Shown: positions 1 to 9,598 of the stretch, one piece after another
How positions within the stretch are numbered: the stretch's first letter is position 1
How the letters are laid out: every line of letters begins with the position of its first letter
DNA from: Ruminococcus sp.
Lineage (GTDB): Bacteria > Bacillota > Clostridia > Oscillospirales > Acutalibacteraceae
Assembly: GCA_045130495.1 (NCBI GenBank)
Contig: JBGUPW010000032.1
Location: 2,802 to 66,801 of the forward strand
Direction: 5' to 3'
DNA length: 64,000 bases
The notes under the pieces: model-generated
The model's database searches: none
What the model was told of the DNA's origin: nothing
The model's input: the letters and a program-made list of their open reading frames with translations, nothing else
Translations under genes and position numbers: made by a program

Positions 1-1
1 A

Positions 2-1681
2 AAGAACGACGCCGAGAACATCTCCAAGGTTCTTTACCCCAACGATAACCAGTACGAGGGCAAGGTTCTCCGCTTAAAGCAGCAGTATTTCTTCTGCTCC
101 GCTTCACTTCAGGATATCATGCGCCGCTACAAGGCAAAGCACGGCAACGATTTCAGCTTTTTCGCTAAGGAGAACGCGATCCAGCTCAATGATACCCATC
201 CCGTTTGCTGCGTTCCCGAGCTTGTAAGACTTCTTCAGAACGAGGGAATGGGCTTTGACGAAGCGTTTGAGATCGCCCGCAAGACCTGCTCGTATACAAA
301 CCACACCGTACTCAGCGAAGCGCTTGAGAAATGGAGCGCCGACCTGATGACTCAGGTTATCCCCGAAATATACAGCATCATCGCCCTTATCGCCAACAAA
401 TGTCAGGAAGAGCTTATTGCTATGGGCGTCAGCGGAGAGACCCGCGCAAAGATGCGTATTATCGACGGCAACGTTGTTCACATGGCAAGACTTGCAACAT
501 ATGCCGGCACATATGTAAACGGCGTGGCTCAGCTCCACACCGAGATCCTCAAGAGAGATCTGCTCAAAGAGTGGTATCAGATATATCCCGACAGATTCCT
601 CAACAAGACAAACGGTATCACACAGCGCCGCTGGCTCGGTCTGTGCAACCCCGAGCTTTCAGCGCTTATCACAGAGAAGGTCGGCTCCGACGAGTGGCTT
701 ATCGACCTTTCCAAGTTGAGCGTGCTCAACGACTGCTGTGACGCCAGAACCATCAACAAGTTCAACAAGATCAAGGCTCAGAAAAAAGTTCAGCTCGCCG
801 AGTACATCAAGAAGATGGATGGCTATGATATCAACCCCGACACCATCTTCGATGTTCAGGTAAAGCGTCTGCATGAGTACAAGAGACAGCTTCTCAACGC
901 TTTCTCGATCATGGCGATCTACTTCCGCATCAAGGATGGCAAGTTGCCTAACTGGACTCCCACAACCTTTATCTTCGGCGCAAAGGCGGCTCCCGGCTAC
1001 GCAAGAGCGAAGGCTATAATCAAATACATCAACGAGATCGCAAATCTCGTAAACAACGATCCCGACACCAAGGATCTGCTCCAGGTTTACTTCATCTCCA
1101 ACTACAACGTTTCTTACGCTGAGAAGATCGTAGTTGCCGCAGATATCTCCGAGCAGACCTCCACCGCCGGCCTTGAGGCTTCCGGTACCGGCAACATGAA
1201 GTTCATGCTCAACGGTGCTGTTACCCTCGGCACATGGGACGGCGCGAATATCGAGATCGCTGAGTGCGCAGGCGTTGAGAACGAGTATATCTTCGGCGCA
1301 AGAGTTGAGGATATCGAGAGAATCAAGAAAGAGGGCTACAACCCGAGAGGAATCGTTGACGGCAATCCCGAGCTCAAGAAAGTTATTGACACTCTTATCG
1401 ACGGCACGTTCAGCGATAACGGCGCAACAGGTGAAGGCAGCTTCAGAGAGCTTCACCACGCGCTCACAAAGGGAACCCACTGGCACGATCCCGACCACTA
1501 TTATCTCATGCTCGATCTGCCCGATTACATCGAGACAAAGATCCGCGCAAACGCGGACTACGCCGACCGCAAGGCATTCGGCAAGAAGTGCCTGCTCAAC
1601 GTGGCTAACGCCGGCAAGTTCTCGTCCGACAGATCTATCCTTGAGTATGCCGAGGAAATCTGGCACGTTTCACACAAGTAA
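2..1681 (+). CDS. glgP: Glycogen/starch phosphorylase (5' end outside window)
   Basis: Frame is open from position 2 (KNDAENISKVLYPND...LRLKQQYF). Motifs QLNDTHP, KRLHEYKRQ and the PLP-binding EASGTGNMK are present. Confidence 0.95.
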   Translation, partial: KNDAENISKVLYPNDNQYEGKVLRLKQQYFFCSASLQDIMRRYKAKHGNDFSFFAKENAIQLNDTHPVCCVPELVRLLQNEGMGFDEAFEIARKTCSYTNHTVLSEALEKWSADLMTQVIPEIYSIIALIANKCQEELIAMGVSGETRAKMRIIDGNVVHMARLATYAGTYVNGVAQLHTEILKRDLLKEWYQIYPDRFLNKTNGITQRRWLGLCNPELSALITEKVGSDEWLIDLSKLSVLNDCCDARTINKFNKIKAQKKVQLAEYIKKMDGYDINPDTIFDVQVKRLHEYKRQLLNAFSIMAIYFRIKDGKLPNWTPTTFIFGAKAAPGYARAKAIIKYINEIANLVNNDPDTKDLLQVYFISNYNVSYAEKIVVAADISEQTSTAGLEASGTGNMKFMLNGAVTLGTWDGANIEIAECAGVENEYIFGARVEDIERIKKEGYNPRGIVDGNPELKKVIDTLIDGTFSDNGATGEGSFRELHHALTKGTHWHDPDHYYLMLDLPDYIETKIRANADYADRKAFGKKCLLNVANAGKFSSDRSILEYAEEIWHVSHK

Positions 1682-1710
1682 TTAAGAATTTAATATAAGT
1701 TAAGTTGTTA

Positions 1711-1756
1711 ACCTTCCCTCAATCCGCGCAGCACAGCGCGGTTGGGGGAAGTTTTT
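1711..1756 (+). terminator. Intrinsic terminator after glgP (resembles the REP-like hairpin family)
   Basis: cttccctcaatccgcgc-agcaca-gcgcggttgggggaag followed by ttttt. Confidence 0.7.
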
Positions 1757-1797
1757 ACATTGTCAATTATGCACAAAACTTTTAAGGTAAATTTGTG

Positions 1798-1826
1798 TTG
1801 CATGATAGTATTTGGTGTGATATAAT
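1798..1826 (+). promoter_or_regulatory. Sigma-A promoter with no downstream + strand CDS
   Basis: TTGCAT-17 nt-TATAAT with TG extension. Confidence 0.6.
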
Positions 1827-1997
1827 AAATATACTGAGCAAATGTATTATTTTGTGACAAGCGCGCATTTTCAAATTTGTTTGGCGACAAATGGCGATGT
1901 CCTTAGCGGAAAAATAAAAACTGAATAGGATATAACAAAGTAGAATAGGCTGCCGCAAGACTTTGCGACAGCTCGATTTTTGTGCCATAAAAATCAG

Positions 1998-3085
1998 CTA
2001 TTCATTTATTACGTTAGTAAAGGTATACTGATTTTGACAGAAATTATAAAGGAACACTTTCGGGAATATACCTCTTTGCACTCTTCTTCCTAATTCTATA
2101 GCCATTCCTGCTGGAATACTTGCAAAAAGATGTATCTCATTATATTGTGCAATAGAAGGAGTGATTTCCTTAAATAAGCAATTAAGCATTTCATTATAGT
2201 GATTCCTATATAACGGAAATCCTATTTCCTTGTTTTCAAGAGAAAGTTCAATATAATCAGTTTTATTAAACTTTGGGAGTTGCTTGTCAAAAATCATGGT
2301 TGATGTACAAATTTGAATAACTAACTTTTCACTAGATGCGTTTTTCAATTTCTTTTTCCAATTCAAATAATAACTTGGACATTTATCAGTTATTGAGCCT
2401 GTCCAACGACTGTTCTCTCTATCGTATTGAAAAATAGAAATATTGCTATTATGCTGTAATTGAAATCCCAAACTAACAAGCAACGGGATTGGAGCAATAG
2501 GGAATATATTGACGTGTTTGTTATTAAATCCATGAAGCAAATGCGCAACCTCCGTTATTTTTTCAATTTCCTTTTTCCAATCCAACTCTCTTACATCTAT
2601 GATACTCTCAGATAAATACGGAAAAAGTTCATAAGTACTTCCAACAACAGAAACAACTTCTTGTGATGTAATTGGAGGGCCATATAGTTTTATGGGGACT
2701 ACTACTTGAGAAATAGCAATATTTTTGAGTTTTTCGCCTTCTAAATAGCAGCGTCCTGTTTCGTTACAATGCTGTATGTTTGTATCTTTGACCCATCTGT
2801 CTTGATACATCCAATTGTAATAATCAACATAATACTGTTTCTGAATTGTATCAATATGACCAATAGAAAAGCCACCTTTTGAATAATCATTACTATTACC
2901 GTAACCGCATATTATTTCATATACATCATAATCGTTGTGATAGATAAACTCAGGTTTATGTTTATGTCCACATAAATATAGACTGAATTTTCTGGATTTT
3001 AAAAAATCAAGAAATCTATTTTTTTCTTCAGTGCATAATACAGATGTAGGATGATGTCCTATAGCTATGTTCAGTTCGGATGATT
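1998..3085 (-). pseudogene. 5'-truncated calcineurin-like metallophosphoesterase-SAVED fusion (cyclic-oligonucleotide sensor/effector type)
   Basis: The frame of ORF 1998..2810 stays open upstream and reads LNIAIGHHP...LYLCGHKH (metallophosphoesterase motifs IV/V). The C-terminus has SAVED-like IFPIAPIPLLVSLG, IFQYDR and IHLFASIPAGMAIELGR. Motifs I-III and a start/RBS are missing. The gene is visibly AT-rich. Confidence 0.7.
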
Positions 3086-3086
3086 C

Positions 3087-4724
3087 TACGAAGCATTTTA
3101 CGGATGCACAAAGCTGGCAACGGTATCTATCGGCAGTGGAATTAACACAATGGAAAGCTATGCTTTTAAAGATTGTATATCGCTGAAAACTGTTACTATA
3201 GCATCCGGCAGTAACACAATCGGTCGAGGCGCTTTCTACAATTGTTCGTCCTTAACAAGTATTTCAATTCCCGAAAGTGTTATATTTATTGGTGCAAAAA
3301 AGCTGAATGATTCTGATTTAAGGGATAGTCAAGTTTTTTATAACCACCCATCCTCACTTGTAATTTATGGCGTGTCCAACTCCTTTGCACATGAGTTTGC
3401 AAATGCCAACGAAATTACTTTCCGCACAGTTAAGGAACCAACCTCAATCACTCTCAGCAAAACCTCACTTTCTCTTGCAGTCGGCTCATCTCAGACGATC
3501 ACTGCGACTGTAAATCCCTCGGACGCGACAGACAAAACCGTAACATGGACGAGCAGCAAAACTTCCGTAGCGACGGTATCAAACGGCAAAATCACAGCCA
3601 AAGCCGCAGGCACCGCGACGATCACGGCGAAAACCGTAAACGGCAAAACCGCGACCTGCAAGGTGACTGTTACAGCGCCTCTCGCAACTCCCGTTGTCAG
3701 CGTTTCAAACAGCGCGACCGGATTGAAAGCATCATGGAGCGCTGTCAGCAACGCAACTTCTTATGAGGTTCATTACAAGGCTTCGACCGACAGCGATTGG
3801 ACAAAGGCAACAACGACCGGTACAACCTATGTCATAACAGAAGCCGTGTCCGGCAAGCTTTACTATGTTAAAGTTAAGGCCGTGTCCGGAAGCGTCAAGA
3901 GCGATTCTTCCGAGACAAAGAGCCTGACCTATATCGCTTGTCCGACTGTTTCATCACTTAGCTACAGCAATAACGCCGTAAACGCCAAATGGGGCAAGAT
4001 CGGCGGGGCTACAAGGTATCAGGTGGCTTACAAGAAGAACGGCGCTTCTTCATTTACAACTGTCACCACTGCCAATAATACATTTGAGTTGTCAAATGTT
4101 GATGCCGGAACGTCTTACATCGTTAAGGTTCGCGCTCAGCTTGTAAAAGACGGCAGCACGACCTCAGGCGAATGGTCGGCAGAAAAGGCAGTCGTTACCC
4201 TTGCAAAACCCGCAGTTACCGCCGTAAGGCTTTCGAGCGACGGAACAGGCATATACACAAGCTGGAAGGCAGTCAGCGGAGCGACAAAGTATAGAGTTTA
4301 CTACAAGCTGTCTACCGCCTCAACATGGTCTACAAAGGTTACAAGCAGCCTCAGCTACACGATCAAAAACGTTACAAAGGGCAAGGTTTACAACGTAAGA
4401 ATTTGCGCGGCTTGCGACGCGGGAGGCGGAGCGCTCTCGCCTGTTCAGTCAGTTGCAATACTCGACGCCCCGACAGTGACCGCAAAGGTTTCGAGCAACA
4501 AAACGGGAATCTATACGACATGGAACAGCGTGACCGGCGCGGATAAGTATGTGGTATACTACAGAAAATCGGGCGTTTCGAGCTGGACTGTCCACGAAAC
4601 CTCGAACCTTACATATACACTGAAAAACCTTACATCAGGCGCGACTTACCAAATCAAAGTAGCCGCAATGAAAGAGGATGGCATAGGTCCGTTCTCGGCA
4701 ACACAAAGCGTAGTTTTTAAATAA
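3087..4724 (+). CDS. 5'-truncated surface protein: BspA-type LRR repeats, Big_2 Ig domain, FN3 repeats
   Basis: LRR repeat YEAFYGCTKLATVSIG begins at 3087, just after an in-frame TGA (3081-3083). It contains AFYNCSSLTSISIPESV, Big_2 (TVTWTSSKTSVATV) and FN3 (W..VSGATKY.VYY) modules. No signal peptide. Confidence 0.75.
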   Translation, partial: YEAFYGCTKLATVSIGSGINTMESYAFKDCISLKTVTIASGSNTIGRGAFYNCSSLTSISIPESVIFIGAKKLNDSDLRDSQVFYNHPSSLVIYGVSNSFAHEFANANEITFRTVKEPTSITLSKTSLSLAVGSSQTITATVNPSDATDKTVTWTSSKTSVATVSNGKITAKAAGTATITAKTVNGKTATCKVTVTAPLATPVVSVSNSATGLKASWSAVSNATSYEVHYKASTDSDWTKATTTGTTYVITEAVSGKLYYVKVKAVSGSVKSDSSETKSLTYIACPTVSSLSYSNNAVNAKWGKIGGATRYQVAYKKNGASSFTTVTTANNTFELSNVDAGTSYIVKVRAQLVKDGSTTSGEWSAEKAVVTLAKPAVTAVRLSSDGTGIYTSWKAVSGATKYRVYYKLSTASTWSTKVTSSLSYTIKNVTKGKVYNVRICAACDAGGGALSPVQSVAILDAPTVTAKVSSNKTGIYTTWNSVTGADKYVVYYRKSGVSSWTVHETSNLTYTLKNLTSGATYQIKVAAMKEDGIGPFSATQSVVFK

Positions 4725-4734
4725 TCAATTATTT

Positions 4735-4782
4735 CGCCGCCCCGTGCGCAGCCTTTCGGTCTTGCACACGGGGCGGTTTTTC
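4735..4782 (+). terminator. Intrinsic terminator
   Basis: ccgccccgtgcgca...tgcacacggggcgg followed by ttttt. Confidence 0.75.
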
Positions 4783-4834
4783 GTTGCTGTTTCGTTGCTG
4801 ATGAATTTATTTGTAATGGAATCGCATTAGTATA

Positions 4835-4863
4835 TTGATTTTTGCTGTCGACAATGCTATAAT
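4835..4863 (+). promoter_or_regulatory. Sigma-A promoter (extended -10)
   Basis: TTGATT-17 nt-TATAAT, with TGn before the -10. Confidence 0.6.
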
Positions 4864-5093
4864 AAAATTAATAAAATATACTGGGGAGTTTATAATTTTT
4901 AAGGCGTTTCAATCTTTCGGAAGGTGATTTGATACTCAATTAAGGCAGAATAACGGATAAACAACAGAAGAATAATGATATATTGCTTTAGCGATATGAA
5001 AACAAGCAGTCTATACGACTGCGCTACCCCGGGGGTGTTGCTCTGTTTTTTATGTGCGCTCCCGAAACAATTATGAAATCAGGAGGTAAGAAT

Positions 5094-8000
5094 ATGAAGA
5101 AAAGATTTGCGAATCTGCGCAGAAAAGCTTTGTCTTTGGTTCTGTCCGCAGCGGTCGCTTCCGGCACTCTTGTAATGGTGCCTGTCGCTTCCGTGAGTGC
5201 GGCGGAAGCGGATAACGCCTCACAATCAGCCAATTCCGCAGCAGCAAACGGCGTTTCAATTGACAAGTTTGAGTCCGACACAAACAGTATTCCCGTAGGG
5301 GAAACGAAAATCGTCACCTTTAAAGCAACGGTGTCCTGTGTGACCAACTCGGCAGATAACGAATTAAAAGTTATTGACAGCGATCAAAATGTTGTCGGCT
5401 ATATGTATGACAACGGAAGAAACGGCGACGGAGCCGCTTTCGACGGGACATATACAATGCAGGCAAAGCTGTCGTCCGACGAGGCAAAAACCGTCAGCTT
5501 TTACGCTTCCGCGAACGGAAGCTCCGGTCCCTCAGTCAATATTGAGTATTTTATCCCCACAACCGAAGCCGAATGGAACGCGATGCACGTTTCCGAAAAT
5601 AAAATCGAATCCTGCCTTAATTCCGAGAGCTTCAAGCTGAAGCCCGAAACGGATAAAGCGGCAGCCGTTGAAGAAATGCTAAATAAAATGGCAGACAACG
5701 GCGAGATCAAGGGCAACTCGATTTTTTACAATGAAGAGAATATGCAGTACTATTTTGAGTACGCTTCTTCAACGCCCGGCGTGATTATGCTTAAGGATTT
5801 TGATGAAAAATATAACTCCCCCGAAAACGCCTCAGGAGACACATTTGTGTTATCATCGGACTCCGACGGCAGCGCTATCAATGCCGATGAGGATATCGCT
5901 CTTGAGCCTATCAGCGAAAGCGAAGCCCTGAAAATGATCGCCGAGGGCGCGGAAGTCAACGGCGCTGATACTGAGTCAAAAATCGGCAATCACGTGGGCA
6001 CCTCAAACGGCAAGAAAGCTTTGGTGCTGAACGGCTTTGAGAACAGCGATTTCCGCAGAGATTATTACGAAAATTTAAAGAGCGATTGGGATAGCAAGGG
6101 TTTGAACACAACGCTGGATATTGATGTGACTGTTGATGATATGAAGAGCTTCGGTTCTTACGACGTCAACATTATCTCCATGCACGGCTCTGATATCCAA
6201 ATCTCAAGCAGCACATTCTATTATGTAATTGTTCTCAACCAAACTGTTACATCAGCTACAGACGCGAGATACGATTACGAGATCAACACAAGAGGGAGCG
6301 TAATCAAGGCTTATTCCGGCGGCTCTCCCGTATATCTTATTCGCGACATATTTTTCACAGACAGCTATTCGAGCACGGCTCTCAACGGAAAGCTTATCTT
6401 CTCCGAAACCTGTGAGTTTTACGGCGCCGATACCCGTTCCACAACTCCCGACTACGGCTTCGCAAACGCGATTTACGGTCGCGGAGCAGGCGCTGTTATC
6501 GGCTACCACAACAGCGTTTTGGCGGTTTACAGCCGTGATGTGATGAAATATGTCGTTGACCAGTGCTATGCGGGAACAGACGTAACCACCGCGCTGAACA
6601 ACGCGAAAAGCAGATACGGCTCGACCGACGGTCAAAGCGAAATGCCGGCATATCCCATTCTGACTCCGACCGGCTCCAAATTTGTTTTGGGGGGCGGTGC
6701 CACACCGACTCCTTCTTATGAGACCTTCACGCTGAATACCTCCAAAACCGTAAATATCACCACGGCAGGCGATGTGAAGTATTACAAATTTACTTCAACA
6801 GCCGCCACAACTATCAATTTCTTCTCCGTCGGAGATTACGACACATACGGTTATCTGTTCAGCTCAGGTCTTACCGAGCTCGCGTCGGACGACGACAGCG
6901 GCGAAGACAGAAACTTCAAAATCACCTATGCTGTTTCGGCAAACACAACATATATCCTCACGTGTAAATTCTACAGCTCATCCGAGACCGGCAGCTTCAC
7001 CGTTAAGCTGACAGGCACAACTCAGACAAAATCCATTTCCAACTGCACCGTCACCCTCGGTACAACGTCATTCAGCTACACCGGAACGGCTAAAACCCCG
7101 AGCGTAACGGTCAAGGACGGCTCCAAAACTTTAACCAAAAACACCGATTATACCGTAAGATATGAAAACAATGTAAGCGTCGGCACAGGCAAGGCGATCG
7201 TATCCGGCACGGGCAATTATACAGGCTCCGTCACAAAGACATTTACTATCGCTTATGACAGCATTACGCCGGGTACCGCCAAAACCGTAAATATCAGCAA
7301 CGCGGGCACCGTGAGATATTACAAGTTCACGCCTTCCTCGGCTATGACGGTTCAGTTCTACTCAACGGGAGACTGCGACACCTACGGCTATGTTTATAAT
7401 TCAAGCCTGAGTCAGCTTGCTTCCGACGACGACAGCGGCGACAACAGGAACTTTAAGATCACCTATGCGCTCAGCGCGAGCACGACCTACATATTCTCCT
7501 GCAAGCTCTACAGCTCATCAGCGACCGGCAGCTTTACAATCATGCTGAAAAAGAATACAAAGCCGATTTCGGACTGCACGATCACTCTCGGCACAACCTC
7601 CTACAGCTACACCGGAACGGCAAAAACCCCGAGCGTTACGGTCAAGGACGGCTCGACTACACTTACCAAAAACACCCACTACACCGTTAAGTATGAGAAC
7701 AACACCGCTGTGGGAACCGCTAAGGCAATCGTCACAGGTAAGGGAAACTACTCGGGCTCGGTGACAAAGACCTTCAAGATCGCGTATGACAGCATTGCAT
7801 TGAGCACTGAAAAGACCGTCAGCATAAGCAAGGCTGGCACCGTGAGATATTACAAGTTCAAGCCCTCGTCCGCAATGACGGTTACGTTCTACTCAACGGG
7901 AGACTGCGACACCTACGGCTATGTGTACAACTCAAGCCTGAGTCAGCTTGCTTCGGACGACGACAGCGGCGACAACAGGAACTTCAAAATTTCTTACTCG

Positions 8001-9242
8001 CTCAGCGCGAACACGGCGTATATCTTCTCCTGCAAGCTCTACAGCTCGTCTGCGACAGGCAGCTTTAAAATCATGCTTAAGAAGAATACAAAAGCTATCT
8101 CGGGCTGCACGATCACTCTCAGCTCAACCTCATACAGCTACACAGGCACGGCTAAGACTCCGAGTGTAACGGTCAAGGACGGCTCCAAAACTCTCACCAA
8201 GAACACCGACTACACGTTGAAATACGAGAACAACACCGCTGTTGGAACCGCGAAGGTAACTGTTACGGGTAAAGGAAACTACACAGGCTCTGTTACCAAG
8301 AACTTCAAGATCGCATATGACAGCATTGATTTGGCTACCGCAAAAACCGTTAACATTAGCAAGGCGGGCACCGTGAGATACTACAAGATCAAGCCGTCCT
8401 CGAATATGAAGATAGTGTACTATTCAACGGGAAGCCTTGATACCTACGGCTGTCTGTACGACTACAATCTTACAAAGCTAAAGACGGATAATGACAGCGG
8501 AGACAGCAAAAACTTTAAGCTTTACTATTCCCTGACCGCAAACAAAACATACATCTTTTCCTGCAAGCTCTACAGCTCGTCCGCGACAGGCAGCTTTACG
8601 ATCATGCTGAAAAAGAATCAGAAGGCGCTTTCGAGCTGCACCGTAACGCTCGGCACAACAGCTTACAGCTTCACCAACACGGCAAAAACCCCGAGCGTAA
8701 CCGTAAAGGACGGCTCTACCACACTGAAAAAGGACACCGACTACACGGTTAAGTACTCAAATAACATCAACGTCGGCACTGCGAAGGTCACGGTTACGGG
8801 CAAAGGCAACTACACCGGCTCGGTGACAAAGAACTTCAAGATCACTTACGACAACATCGCGCTCGGAACCGCAAAGACCGTCAACATTAACAAGGCGGGA
8901 GTTGTCAGATACTATAAGTATAAGGCTCCGTCGGACATGAATGTGCAGTTCTATTCCACGGGCAGCCTCGACACCTACGGCTATCTGTTCAACTACAGCA
9001 AGACGCAGCTCGCTTCCAACGATGACGGCGGCGACAACAGGAATTTCAGCATTACCTATTCGCTGCAGTCAGGCAGAACCTATCTGTTCGCCTGCAAGCT
9101 CTACAGCTCGTCCGCGACCGGAAGCTTCAACATCAAGCTTGTCAAAAAGACAAACGGAGAATCCGTCGAGCTTGCTCCCGAGGCTGTTTCCGAAAATGCG
9201 ATTAATGCCGAGACCGCTGCGATCGTTCCCAAGCAGAACTGA
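5094..9242 (+). CDS. Large secreted modular protein: putative clan-CD cysteine peptidase domain plus alternating PPC-like and Ig-like repeats
   Basis: RBS AGGAGG at 5081 and ATG at 5094, signal peptide (..VSA/AE), IISMHG and FSETCEF His/Cys pair, then repeats of about 177 aa. Confidence 0.65.
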   Translation: MKKRFANLRRKALSLVLSAAVASGTLVMVPVASVSAAEADNASQSANSAAANGVSIDKFESDTNSIPVGETKIVTFKATVSCVTNSADNELKVIDSDQNVVGYMYDNGRNGDGAAFDGTYTMQAKLSSDEAKTVSFYASANGSSGPSVNIEYFIPTTEAEWNAMHVSENKIESCLNSESFKLKPETDKAAAVEEMLNKMADNGEIKGNSIFYNEENMQYYFEYASSTPGVIMLKDFDEKYNSPENASGDTFVLSSDSDGSAINADEDIALEPISESEALKMIAEGAEVNGADTESKIGNHVGTSNGKKALVLNGFENSDFRRDYYENLKSDWDSKGLNTTLDIDVTVDDMKSFGSYDVNIISMHGSDIQISSSTFYYVIVLNQTVTSATDARYDYEINTRGSVIKAYSGGSPVYLIRDIFFTDSYSSTALNGKLIFSETCEFYGADTRSTTPDYGFANAIYGRGAGAVIGYHNSVLAVYSRDVMKYVVDQCYAGTDVTTALNNAKSRYGSTDGQSEMPAYPILTPTGSKFVLGGGATPTPSYETFTLNTSKTVNITTAGDVKYYKFTSTAATTINFFSVGDYDTYGYLFSSGLTELASDDDSGEDRNFKITYAVSANTTYILTCKFYSSSETGSFTVKLTGTTQTKSISNCTVTLGTTSFSYTGTAKTPSVTVKDGSKTLTKNTDYTVRYENNVSVGTGKAIVSGTGNYTGSVTKTFTIAYDSITPGTAKTVNISNAGTVRYYKFTPSSAMTVQFYSTGDCDTYGYVYNSSLSQLASDDDSGDNRNFKITYALSASTTYIFSCKLYSSSATGSFTIMLKKNTKPISDCTITLGTTSYSYTGTAKTPSVTVKDGSTTLTKNTHYTVKYENNTAVGTAKAIVTGKGNYSGSVTKTFKIAYDSIALSTEKTVSISKAGTVRYYKFKPSSAMTVTFYSTGDCDTYGYVYNSSLSQLASDDDSGDNRNFKISYSLSANTAYIFSCKLYSSSATGSFKIMLKKNTKAISGCTITLSSTSYSYTGTAKTPSVTVKDGSKTLTKNTDYTLKYENNTAVGTAKVTVTGKGNYTGSVTKNFKIAYDSIDLATAKTVNISKAGTVRYYKIKPSSNMKIVYYSTGSLDTYGCLYDYNLTKLKTDNDSGDSKNFKLYYSLTANKTYIFSCKLYSSSATGSFTIMLKKNQKALSSCTVTLGTTAYSFTNTAKTPSVTVKDGSTTLKKDTDYTVKYSNNINVGTAKVTVTGKGNYTGSVTKNFKITYDNIALGTAKTVNINKAGVVRYYKYKAPSDMNVQFYSTGSLDTYGYLFNYSKTQLASNDDGGDNRNFSITYSLQSGRTYLFACKLYSSSATGSFNIKLVKKTNGESVELAPEAVSENAINAETAAIVPKQN
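6715..9150 (+). repeat. Intragenic tandem domain repeat, ~531 bp period (5 PPC-like and 4 Ig-like modules)
   Basis: G(D/S)xDTYG motif recurs at ~6831, 7368, 7899, 8430 and 8961. AKTPSVTVKDG occurs 4 times. Confidence 0.85.
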
Positions 9243-9358
9243 TTGACGCACAGACGGTTTGGTTTGCCGTTGCTGTTCGGTAAACCGCTAAAAAATTATA
9301 TAGAATCGCCTCACCGAGTTGCCTCATCGAGGCGCGTTAAGCTTTATTAATCTTTACA

Positions 9359-9402
9359 AGGCTGCCGCAAGCCGTAGTGTTTGCGGCAGCCTGTCTGTTT
9401 TT
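9359..9402 (+). terminator. Intrinsic terminator
   Basis: aggctgccgcaa...ttgcggcagcct then gtctgttttt. Confidence 0.65.
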
Positions 9403-9598
9403 GCGAAATTTGCGAAATATTTGCGATATATTTTATTATTATTTTATTTATCAATGATATTGAAATTTTATTAAAATATGTTATAATATAGATGATAGAA
9501 TTATACCGAGAGGTTTATGCTTTTTGGGTAATTTTTTTGATGGAGTGCCGCAATGCGGCGAAAGCATTTAGAAGTTTAAATATGAAAGGAGTTTTGAA

